The translations under genes were made by a program, and so were the position numbers. 64,000 nt of DNA. It comes from the human T2T-CHM13v2.0 reference genome, Homo sapiens. The notes below the pieces were generated by a model. That model was given only the letters and a program-made list of their open reading frames with translations, was not told where the DNA came from and made no database searches. The stretch's first letter is position 1, and each line of letters begins with the position of its first letter. Below are positions 40,586 to 59,936 of the stretch, piece by piece. Location: NCBI RefSeq assembly GCF_009914755.1, contig NC_060943.1; one strand, given 5' to 3'.

Positions 40586-43500
40586 GCCACCAAGACCTGG
40601 GGCGACAGGAGAACCGGTCCTCTCTCTGACGGGGTGGCATTTGGCCTTGAACAAAACCAAGTCCACTGGGGACAGAGGCAGGGGCAAGTGGCTCTCCCCA
40701 TTACCTTCTCAAGACCTCAGTGGGAGCACCAGCCAATGGTACCATCGGCTGGGCTGCCAGGTACCCTGGGCCTGGCGCTGCAGACCTGAGCTGGCTTGGA
40801 CCCATTTGAGGACTGAACTAGGCAGGCAATGGCTCCAGTGCCCTCCCTCTGTTCCCTGGACCACCACCCCACGTAGCTGCTCACACCAGCCTCCGGGTGC
40901 CTCCCTCTGCTTGTACAGAGCCCATGGTCGGGACAGTGCCCTGGCCTTTGCCGGGGAGGAGGATGCTCTGAGATTCAGGGTGGGGCTGGCAACCCCTGAA
41001 GAGAACACTTCCTGTTGGTCTGTCTCTTCCCACCTTCCATCTGCACACACCCCCAAGGTAAGGGTACAGCCCGGCTGGCGGCCTCCTTGGGAACGTGTAG
41101 GCCACGGCTCTGCCACCACTAGGTACCTGCTGAGGGCGCTGGCTCTGCAGATCAGAACAACGGAGGATAGCTTTGTGCCTGGACCCAGAGAGTGTGGGAC
41201 TCCCCGCTTCATCCCCACCGTCCCACTCCACAGCCTTCCCGAAACATTCCCTGGCAAACAAAGGAACACTAGGAGAAAAAATGGAAAAACCCTTCCAGTA
41301 ATTAAAAAGGAAGAAACCACAGAAAGAAAACTACAGACCTCAAGATTCCACTCTGTGCCCGCCTCTGCCGGGAGGGAGGGAGGCACACAGGTGGAGCTGA
41401 CCCTCGTCTTTGTGGCAGCAAAACCAGGATGCCTGGAGCTGTGGCCTGAGGGCCTGCTGGGGTCCCACTCACCCACTTAGGTCTAGTCGCTAGATCCCCC
41501 GTTTTCCCAAGAAGAGGGTTCGAGCCCTTGGTGGGGACAGCTGGGGAGATGGCAGTGCAGGCTGGAACCTGGGCTGCCCCAGAACACAGTCCATTACGAT
41601 AGAAACACTAATTGAGCATGTGCGTGGGGTGGGGGTGTGTGTGCACATGTGAGTGTGAGTGTGTGTGGGCGCTTGGTGGGGGGTTGGGGACAGCTGGAAG
41701 GTGCCAGGTGCACTTGGGGTTGGGGTTGGTGTGTTGGGTGTTGAAGTGGAATCGTTTCATCCCAGCCATGGAGGCCACCAGCAGGAGTGTTCATGGGGAT
41801 GTGGGCGAGGTGGGGCACTTTGAAGGAATGGCGGTCTGCTGGTGCCCTCGAAGGGGCATCCTTCCTGGTCTTCGCTGACCCAGAGGCGCTGTGCCTGCAT
41901 ATCATCCACCACCACCCTAGCCCAGCCTTCCCACTGCCCCAGGAAAAGCTCTTCTCCTGGCCACCTCTGCCCCCCAGCACCTCAAACTTGCATGGCTGGG
42001 CTGTGGCCTCTGCGGCCAGGAAGCCTGACACTAGGCACCCCCCAGGCGAGAGCTAGTGGGGTGCAGAGGGCCCCATGCCAGACAGCCCTTGGGGCTCGTT
42101 GCACTTTAAGAAATAGGATCTGTGGTGTATTCCAGGGGGCCTGATGGACACCTTTCCCGGGCGTCTGCAGCTGCCCTGCCCGTGCCCGCCTGCAGTGGTT
42201 GGAGACGGGAGTGGCCCTTCGGCTCCCGAGCTCCCTCTGGGGACGGCTGGCTCACTGTCTCCAGTTCTCAATGGCCAACGAAGGTGCTTGGAAACACCTA
42301 ACCTTGCAAGTTTTACCGCCTTTTGAGGAACACAAATCGGAGAACAAACCCAGGGTTCAGGCGTGTTTTCTGTGAATGTTGGATGATGAATTTTTGTCTC
42401 TTCTGGTGGAGCTGTGCCTGGCCCTGTAGGCCCAGGGTTGGCTGGAAGGTGACATCTGTGTTTCGTTTTAGCTGAGGTTGGCAGAAACGTTCCCAAACTC
42501 CCCCAGCCCTGGACCCCAGCAGATGAGGAAACGGCCCCATTTACTGACCCCGCCCCCTTTTCGAGGTTATGCTCACCTGGTCAGCTCCTCACGTAATTGG
42601 GGGTGAGGGAAAGCATGGTGGTGCCCTGGGCCGTCCCTGTGTGAACGCAGGCAAAAGCAGCCCAGTCCCCCTCACTGCTTGAGCTAACACTGCCACCTCT
42701 TTTGTGTGAGCACAAAAGCCACGTCCCAAGCCACCTGGCCCGATTCCACAGATGTATGTGCGGCCAGTGACTTCCCCAGGAGTGTGGAGGGGGTGGTGAG
42801 GAGGAGCACCTGGGCTCTCTACCCCTCTCCTCACAGAAGTACCTGAAACTAGGTCTGGGGCACTCCCAATGCAGCGCCTTGTCAGCCAAGGTGGGCAGGC
42901 AGGGACTGTGGCAGCTTATGTCCAAAGGGAGCCCCCATGCACAGGAAGCCACAGGGTTCCTCTTGTTTCCCCCGCTAACTTCAGCCTCTCGTCTGCTGCT
43001 CCGGGCTGAGGGACTAGAGGACATCTCGGTCGTTTGAGGGGCATGGCCAGTCGTGGCAGGCCGGCCTTCAGCGTCCGGTCAGGGAAGCGTGCAGCCCAAA
43101 TGGGCACTTGCATGGGAGCCACAGAGGAGCGTCCCTGGGGATTGTTGGGACCATGCTGCCCCCACTCCCGCTTTTGTTGGGGCTCTAAGTTCTGGAAGGT
43201 GTGTGCACAGAGGGTGCTCATGGGACTCGCATGCAGCTCTCAGCACTGGGTGGGAGGGCGTTGGCTTGTCCAGAATGGGGACGTGGGGCAGCCACCCCTG
43301 CCCAGCGAGAGCGCAGACACCGTGTGAGGGGACAGCAGCCCTTGGTGCAAAGCCAGAGACTGATCCTGGCTCTGACGGCTGAAGAGGGAAGACCCAAGGC
43401 TGGGTGGTGTGGCTCGTGAATCCACTTAGAATTCTTGGCTTGTGTCGCATACTGGGTGTCACGGCACACATTTACTCTGCATTGTCCCCGTCTTTCCCAT

Positions 43501-43807
43501 CGCCTAGCGTTTGGGGAGGAACAGGGAGAGAGCTTCGGGGCGTCTGTCTCCGTGCTCTCCTGCCTCCACCGCCTTGGTTTTGCTTCCTGCTGGAGGCAGG
43601 GCACCTGCTGCGACCCAGATTCTTCTGCAGGATGTGTCTGTCTTTGTCACGGTGGACAGAGGGTGACATCATAGGAGCAGCTCGCTGGCCAGAAGGGGAT
43701 GGGGGCATCCCTGTGCCTCACTCAGCTCCTGCTGCTCTTAGGGAAAGGAGGCCTGGGTCAAGCCAGCATCCCCTTGGTAAAGACCCCCGCAGGCCACCAG
43801 GCATTCT

Positions 43808-43809
<2 letters not shown>

Positions 43810-43850
<41 letters not shown>
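43810..43850. repeat. (CA)20 microsatellite in the 3' UTR
   Basis: Perfect dinucleotide run. Confidence 0.98.
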
Positions 43851-43853
<3 letters not shown>

Positions 43854-43899
43854 CTTCACAGCAGGCCAGCTGCAGTGACTTGTCATCAAGAGTCACCTC

Positions 43900-44340
43900 A
43901 GCTGCGCCCCCCTCCCATCCTTTCCTATGAGAAGCCACTGCTTTGGGGGCGCCGGCTAGAAAAAGTAGGGTGCGGTGGCCAGGAGGGCCCCTGCCGCGCG
44001 GGGGGCTGGGTCTGGTTGAGTCGCTGCTTTCCCGAGGGCAGCGCAGGGATCCGGGGAAGCTGCGGCAGGGAGCGGGCGCCGGCTTCGTGGCTCTGAGGTG
44101 TAACGGGGGTGGGCTCCCTCCCTCGGAGGACATCGTCTGTGTCCAGGTCAGAAAGTGGCCCAGGAAGGGGGCAGTTTCTGTCGCGGGTCCGGTGGGGGCG
44201 CGGCCGCGGTGCGGTCGGTGCAGCGTGGCCAATGCGCGGCGCGCGCGGGGGACAGAGCAGGAGGCGGTCTGTCACCTCGGCCACTGCTGACCTGGGCTGG
44301 CCTCCCCCAGCCCTCCCGTGGCGGAGCCGGCAGCGATGCT
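43900..44340. promoter_or_regulatory. CpG-island-like segment inside the 3' UTR
   Basis: High GC and dense CpG (gcggccgcggtgcggtcgg, gcgcggcgcgcgcgggg); CCAAT at 44229-44233. Confidence 0.7.
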
Positions 44341-44434
44341 ACAGGCCTAAGTTATTGTTTGCATAAAAAGAATCATGTTCCCTGTGTACATTTAAGAAAA
44401 AAACAAAAAAACGGAAATGTCAGAATTGTATGGA

Positions 44435-44440
44435 AATAAA
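44435..44440 (+). terminator. ARHGAP35: Proximal polyadenylation signal AATAAA
   Basis: AATAAA with upstream TGTA motifs and a downstream U/GU-rich tract. Confidence 0.65.
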
Positions 44441-44950
44441 ACTTGTTTGAAAATTTGGAATAGTGCTGCTGCCAGCTTATTTTTCTGGTACTTGTATTTT
44501 CACATGTTAAATGATCTTTATATATGTTGAATTAACAAATATTTTGAGTTTCTGAGAAAAAACAAAACATATTAATGGTATTGAAATGTGTTAGTAGTCT
44601 GGCTGTGTGCCCAAAATTCTGTTTCGCAGCAAAAGTGAAGACCTGTATGTAAAGAAAGTATAACAATTATTTCTTTGTATTTTAGGGGCTTTAACCGGAA
44701 CATCGTCTAGCTGGTGTTAGGAATGTTTGCTTAATTTCCAGACTTTTTTTTAAAAACACATCGTGGGTTTTTTGAGGCTCCAACCTGATTAGTGCATGGT
44801 CAGCCCTCAATGAAGGCTGAGGCATCTCTGACTGAGGTGTTTTTGTTTGGTTTTGTTTTTTAAAATCATGTATTTGCTACAAAGTATTGTACTTGTCTCA
44901 ATGGGAATGGTGTAAAAAACAAAAGGCCTTATGTGATCTGTATCATAGTT

Positions 44951-44956
44951 AATAAA
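44951..44956 (+). terminator. ARHGAP35: Distal polyadenylation signal AATAAA
   Basis: AATAAA at the end of the AU-rich block, preceded by several TGTA motifs; abrupt switch to GC-rich sequence after it. Confidence 0.8.
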
Positions 44957-46165
44957 TGAATCTTGTAAAAAACCAAACCTGAGAGAAGTGAAGGGGGGCC
45001 TCCTCCTTACCGGGCCAGTGCAGCACACACCAGGGTTTCACAGGCTTAGGCGCCCGGGGGGGGAAGCAGGAGGCTCCCACAGGAGAGGCCTCGGCCAGCA
45101 CGAGCCCCCCCTCCCGGCTCTCACCTGCTTTCCTCTCCAGCACAGCTTCCCAGAAGGCCGCGTCATTCCTGTGGTTTCTCAGCATCACCTAAAGTGCCTC
45201 CCACAAACCCCCATGGCCGCAGGAGCTGCAGGCAGGCGTGGGGAGGGGATGCCAGAGGTGCCGCTCCTGACCTTCCTTCCCACTCCCCTCCGGCCTGAGG
45301 CCACGCGGGTGGTACCGGGAGTCAGATGCCCCGGTTCACTTCCTGGGTGAGTTCCAGGGGCAGGGTCATGAGCAGGCTTGTGGCCAGGAGGTGGCCGACC
45401 TCAGACCCTTCTCAAGGGAGGGGTCAGGGCTGAAGTTCTGAGAGGGGAGAGCCTAAGGTCACACTCACTCCCTGGTGCTGGCCCTGGGGTCAGAGACCCA
45501 GGCTCTATGCCAGAGTTAGCCACCGTCACCACCGTCATCCAGGACAGCACCTCCAGGGACGGAGGTGGGCTGCTTCCCAAAGAAGCCTTGCCACCAAAAA
45601 CACCTCCTCTCTGCTCACCCCCTAAAAAACTCTCGTTAGGAATATCTTCCTCTTTCCAGTCTCCCAGGCTCAAGTTTGCTCTATCCTTGGCCCCCTCCTT
45701 ACTTACCCCTGACTGCTTCTAAGATCCCAAATGTCACTTGAGCGTGACTCTGCTGTTCCCTCTGCCTCCATTCTAGCCTAGACCTGAATTCAAGCTCACT
45801 AGACTCTGATAGACACCCCCACACACTGAATGGCCCCCCTGCCCTCAATATTCATGGCAGAAGAGTGAACTATTCAGCATACAAGATGCATCCTTCCCTG
45901 CCTGTGCCCATAGCAGACATGGCTAGCTGATCACCGCACTCTGCCACACCCCTCTCCAGGCAGCCACTGCCAATCAATAGGGGCTGGCACCAGAGATGAC
46001 GTCTGTTTGCCACTGCCTCAGCCAGGCAGGCAAACAAACGGAGATGCCTACTGACCATAGCCCAGGCTCCTTGGCATCCATGCAGAACCCCACGCTCTGT
46101 CTGGATCCATCCTGCTCTTCTCTCCCACTCCTCTAACCCAACTCCCCAACATCAGTCAAAATTAG

Positions 46166-47859
<1,694 letters not shown>

Positions 47860-48723
47860 TAAGCCTTCATTCGGTTTTTCGAACGCGGTGGTCTCAACCT
47901 TGCCCTTGACCTGCCCCATCTGTAAACCACCCTCTCCCACGTGACTCCAGCCTAGACCTCCGCTGCAAGCAAAACATCATATCCACCTGTCTATGACACT
48001 CTACTTGGGGACTCCACTGTGACACACCCACAGCCAAACTCCTGACCCTTTCTCCAAACAGGTCCATTCCCCAGGATCCCCCCCTCAAGCCAGAGAGAGA
48101 CCCTGGGGGCCCCCTTGGGGTGTCTCTCTCCCTTCCAGTCAACCAGGTACAATTCCCAGTTCCATTTTGCCTTCCAGCACACTCCCCTTCCTGCTCCCTG
48201 CACCCCAGCCCTGTCTGATCTCACCAAGACATCTGCCCTCCATGCTCACCCACTCCCATCTCCATGAGGGCAGATCAGATCTCACATCTAGCCATGTGTC
48301 TCCTCCCGTAACATCCTCCAGGGATCTCCAATGCCCTTAGAGGAAGCCTGAACTCTTCCACAGGGTCCCACCCCCGACCCCGCCCACCTCCCAGGAGCCT
48401 TTCCTTGCACTCTGGTCCAGATACTCCAACTCCCCTGGGGCCTGCCCACCTCGGGCATTTTGCAGTATTGTCCCCTCCTCCTCCTATTGTCCCCTCCTCC
48501 TCCAAGACTGTCCTCCCTTGAGGCCATCCCACCTTGCTAACTTTCTCCTGGTCCTTCAGATTTCAGCTCCTCAGACTCCTCCACAGGGAAAGCCCTCCCT
48601 GACTCCCCCAGCCAAGATGGGTCTCTTTGCTTTCAGATGAGATCGGGTGGGTTCAGGGTGTATGGCCGTAGACTCTCCGTGCTTTCAAAGGAAAAAAATA
48701 AGTTCTTTCAGAGTACTTTCTGA

Positions 48724-49009
48724 GCTGAGCATGGTGGCTCATACTTGTCATCATAGTGCTGTGGGAGGCCAAGAGAGGAGGATCACCTGAGCCCAGGAAT
48801 TCAAGAACAGCCTGTTCAACAAAGTTAGACCTTGTCTCTACAAAACATTTCTTTTTTTAATTAGCAGCTTGGGGCCAGGTGCAGTGGATCACGCCTGTAA
48901 TCCCAGGACTTTGAGAGGCCGAGGCGGGCAGATCACCTGAGATCGGGAGTTCAAGACACAGCCTGAGCAACATGAAGAAACCCCGTCTCTACTAAAAATA
49001 CAAAATTAG
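48724..49009 (+). mobile_element. Alu left monomers (48724-48865 AluJ/FLAM-like; 48873-49009 is the left arm of the SVA host Alu)
   Basis: Alu left-arm text ending in the ctactaaaaatacaaaattag linker. Confidence 0.85.
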
Positions 49010-50582
49010 GAGCTCTCCCTCTCCGTCTCCCTCTCCCTCTCCCCACGGTCTCCCTCTCCCTCTCTTTCCACGGTCTCCCTCTGATGCCGAGCCGAAGCTG
49101 GACAGTACTGCTGCCATCTCAGCTCACTGCAACCTCCCTGCCTGATTCTCCTGACTCAGCCTGCGGAGTGCCTGCGATTGCAGGCTCGCGCCGCCACGCC
49201 TGACTGGTTTTGGTGGAGACGGGGTTTCGCTGTGTTGGCCGGGCGGGTCTCCAGCCCCTAACCGCAAGTGATCCGCCAGCCTCGGCCTCCCGAGGTGCCG
49301 GGATTGCAGACGGAGTCTCGTTCACTCAGTGCTCAATGGTGCCCAGGCTGGAGTGCAGTGGCGTGATCTCGGCTCGCTACAACCTCCACCTCCCAGCCGC
49401 CTGCCTTGGCCTCCCAAAGTGCCGAGATTGCAGCCTCTGCCCGGCTGCCACCCCGTCTGGGAAGTGAGGAGCGTCTCTGCCTGGCCGCCCATCGTCTGGG
49501 ATGTGAGGAGCCCCTCTGCCTGGCTGCCCAGTCTGGAAAGTGAGGAGCGTCTCCGCCCGGCCGCCATCCCACCTAGGAAGTGAGGAGCACCTCTTCCCGG
49601 CCGCCATCACATCTAGGAAGTGAGGAGCGTCTCTGCCCGGCCGCCCATCGTCTGAGATGTGGGGAGCGCCTCTGCCCCGCCGCCCCGTCTGGGATGTGAG
49701 GAGCACCTCTGCCCGGCTGCGACCCGGTCTGGGAGGTGAGGAGCATCTCTGCCCGGCCGCCCCGTCTGAGAAGTGAGGAGACCCTCTGCCCGGCAACCGC
49801 CCCGTCTGAGAAGTGAGGAGCCCCTCCGCCCGGCAGCCGCCCCGTCTGAGAAGTGAGGAGCCTCTCCGCCCGACAGCCACCCAGTCTGGGAAGTGAGGAG
49901 CGTCTCCGCCCGGCAGCCACCCCGTCCAGGAGGGAGGTGGGGGGGTCAGCACCCCGCCCGGCCAGCCGCCCCGTCCGGGAGGTGAGGGGCGCCTCTGCCC
50001 GGCCGCCCCTACTGGGAAGTGAGGAGCCCCTCTGCCCGGCCACCACCCTGTCTGGGAGGTGTGCCCAACAGCTCATTGAGAACGGGCCAGGATGACAATG
50101 GCGGTTTTGTGGAATAGAAAGGCGGGAAAGGTGGGGAAAAGATTGAGAAATCGGATGGTTGCCGTGTCTGTGTAGAAAGAAGTAGACATGGGAGACTTTT
50201 CATTTTGTTCTGTACTAAGAAAACTTCTTCTGCTGTGGGATCCTGTTGATCTGTGACCTTACCCCCAACCCTGTGCTCTCTGAAACATCTGCTGTGTCCA
50301 CTCAGGGTTAAATGGATTAAGGGCGGTGCAAGATGTGCTTTGTTAAACAGATGCTTGAAGGCAGCATGCTCGTTAAGAGTCATCACCACTCCCTAATCTC
50401 AAGTACCCAGGGACACAAACACTGCGGAAGGCCGCAGGGTCCTCTGCCTAGGAAAACCAGAGACCTTTGTTCACTTGTTTATCTGCTGACCTTCCCTCCA
50501 CTATTGTCCTATGACCCTGCCAAATCCCCCTCTGTGAGAAACACCCGAGAATTATCAATAAAAAATAAATAAATTAAAAAAA
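49010..50582 (+). mobile_element. Full-length SVA retrotransposon (probably SVA_D-like), ~1.57 kb
   Basis: CCCTCT hexamers (~49012-49085), antisense Alu-like domain, GC-rich VNTR (gtctgggaagtgaggagc units, ~49430-50060), SINE-R, AATAAA at 50557-50562, A tail; TSD AAAAATACAAAATTAG at 48994-49009 and 50583-50598. Confidence 0.96.
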
Positions 50583-50598
50583 AAAAATACAAAATTAG

Positions 50599-50764
50599 CC
50601 AGGCGTGGTGGCGCATGCCTGTAATCCCAGCTACTCGGGAGGCTGAGGTGGGAGGATCACTTGAACTCAGGAAGTTCAAGGTTGCAGTGAGCCAAGATCG
50701 TACCACTGCACTCCAGCCTGGGCAACAGAGCCAGACCCTGTCTAAAAAAAAGAAAGAAAAAAAA
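50599..50764 (+). mobile_element. Right arm of the Alu split by the SVA
   Basis: ccaggcgtggtggcgcatgcctgtaatcccagctact continues directly after the TSD. Confidence 0.9.
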
Positions 50765-51057
50765 AGTACTTTTCTCGGTGTGTTATTCATTCAGGCTGGG
50801 GCACACAGACATTAAACAAATCCCTGCCCGGAGCTGACATCCTAGTGGAAGGAACACAGTAAACAAATGAATGTGGCCATTATTTAGGCAGGACCGAGGA
50901 GTTAACGAGGATTCAGTTGTTGGGAGCACTTGCCTCAGTTGCAAAACTTAACAGAACACGAAAGAGACTTCAGTCATCAACATAAAAATATTTCAGCACA
51001 ATGTTTTCAAAAAGCAAAGTTGCTGTTAGCCTAATACTGCTCTAAAAAAAAAATGTC

Positions 51058-52576
<1,519 letters not shown>

Positions 52577-53080
52577 GAGACTTGTTTAAAAAATCAAAAT
52601 TAGTGCAAAAAAACCAAATCCATGATGAACAAACTATCAATATTTTAAATAAAGACGAATCAGTAAGAGTGTCAAGTGAGTCACATTGGAGCCTGAGGCT
52701 AAAGGAGAAATCAGTTAAGACTGAGCCTGGATTCTGGGAGTCCAGCAAGGAGGTAACTACGATAGTCCAGGAGTGAAACGGTGGCGGATTAGACCAGAGA
52801 AGGACGGTGATAGTGGAAAGAACAGGGAATTCCAGGTATCTTGAAGGTCAAGGCTACAGAATTTGTTGAAGATGGCATGAGACTGGGGCAGAGAGAAGGT
52901 GCAGATGACGCCAGGGTTGCCGCATACGACAGTGTATCTGATTATCCTTTGTCTTCCCCACTTTCCTGTGAAACCTACGAGGGCGGGAGCTGTGCCTCCC
53001 AAGCCGCAGCCAGCACCCAGCATTCGCTCCAGGGCTCCAGGCCAACTGCCCTGGTGGAGAATGAGCTGTGTTACTCCGCG

Positions 53081-53099
53081 CGGCCACCAGGGGTCAGCA
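53081..53099 (+). promoter_or_regulatory. CTCF-like motif in a small CpG-rich patch
   Basis: CGGCCACCAGGGGTCAGCA, one mismatch to the CCASYAGRKGGCRS core. Confidence 0.6.
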
Positions 53100-53538
53100 G
53101 AGCGCCGCCCTGCCCAGCCATGGCCATCCCGGGAAGAGTAGAAAGCCCGGATGGCGGCTTTTTAGGAAGTAAGGCCGGATTAGAAGGAGAAGCAGCAGGG
53201 ACTGAGGAGGAGGCGGGTTCTGAGAAATGGGGCTGGAAGCGAAGTGTCCCAGGAGCTGGCCGAGAAGCAGGGGAATGAGCTACTGTTTCTGTCACTGCAT
53301 CCATCCACCCATTTATTCCACCATTCAGTCACAGGCCACTCAGGGCCTTGCAGAGCCGGGTGAGAAACTCAGTGTGTCCTGAGGGCACTGGGGAGACAAG
53401 ACTGGGTCCGATTTGCAGGAGCTGAGAGGAGGGGAAGAAAGTAGAGATTCAGGACATGCAAGCTCACAGCCAGCCTGCCTCCCAGGTGGGCCTGAAGAGC
53501 ATGCAATTAACATAAATGTTAGCAAAACAAATAATATT

Positions 53539-58984
<5,446 letters not shown>

Positions 58985-59759
58985 TAAGGTCATGTAGAGG
59001 CTTTTAAGTGCCTGGAGACCCCCATGCCAGGGAGGACCCTGAGAACGGGAAGTGGGGGCTGCATGGAGAGAAGGAGCTAGGGGAACTGTAGGACCTCCTA
59101 TCAGACTGGGGAAGGCCTGGCTTGGACGCCTGGGTTCCCGTCCTCTGTGCGAGGTACTACAACCCCTGAGTTCCCATTTATGATCTAATGGGGAGCTTGG
59201 ATGTAAGGGTTCCCGTCCCTGCGGCGGGGGATGGAGATAAGACGCCAGGATCCTGGTCTCTGGAGCTCCTTAGAGAGCTGGATCCTGGTCCCTGACGAGG
59301 GAGGTGTATGTCCCCCTTTTAAGGCGGGTTGGGTTTGGATGCGAAGTCCCAGCCCTGTGGGGGGAGAGTGTGCTGACACTCAGGAGTTCTCTCCCGGAAA
59401 GGGAGGGTCTCGAATTCTGGATTTGTGTCCCTGGAGGAAGCACTGACGTGAGTCTTCACTCGTACATGGGGCTCGGCTGCAGGGTACCTGTCTTGTCCCG
59501 AGGGGCTGCTGGGGCACTAACTGCCTCCTGAAGGGGTGTAGACAGTGCCCGGACTCCGCTGTTCCCCTTTTGGAGTGGGGTAGCTCCGATCCGAGGTGCT
59601 ACATTCTGACCCCCGACGTTACCGTGGGGCAAGGGAACTCGGACCCCAGGGTAGCTTGGCCCCCTACCAGGGAAAGGCGAGCAGGGCGGGTCCGGGGGCG
59701 GAGACGCGGCGGGCGGGGCTCCGGCAGACCCCGCCCCCGCCCGCAGCGCTGGTCGCGCA

Positions 59760-59936
59760 TCTCCAAGTCTGCGAGGCCGAGGTGGGCGCCGAGAGCTGGG
59801 CGCCACAGCCCGCGCGTCCCGCTGCGCCCCGCGCGCCCCGGGGTCTATGGAGCTGCCCCTCCGCGCCGCCCGGCCGGCCCCACGCCGCGCCCGGAGCCTG
59901 CTCTGCGGCCAAGTAATCGGACTGGCGGTCCTGCGG
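59760..59936 (+). other. NPAS1: Probable NPAS1 5' non-coding exon 1 (start approximate)
   Basis: Lies just downstream of the GC boxes; ends at a CGG|gtaggg donor; the next exon has a clear acceptor upstream of its ATG. Confidence 0.65.

Larger units (their letters stand above)
40586..44975 (+). other. ARHGAP35: ARHGAP35 3' UTR (~4.4 kb)
   Basis: Alu-free stretch after the stop codon, ending in an AU-rich segment with AATAAA; exact end inferred. Confidence 0.85.

Noticed and set aside
40709-44439. Long ORFs on both strands of the 3' UTR (e.g. 255 aa minus, 230 aa plus)
   Set aside because: GC-rich, stop-poor UTR; low-complexity products without recognisable domains
49119-50572. ORFs of up to 191 aa with repeated LLTSQTG / APHF units
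   Set aside because: Translations of the SVA VNTR and SINE-R
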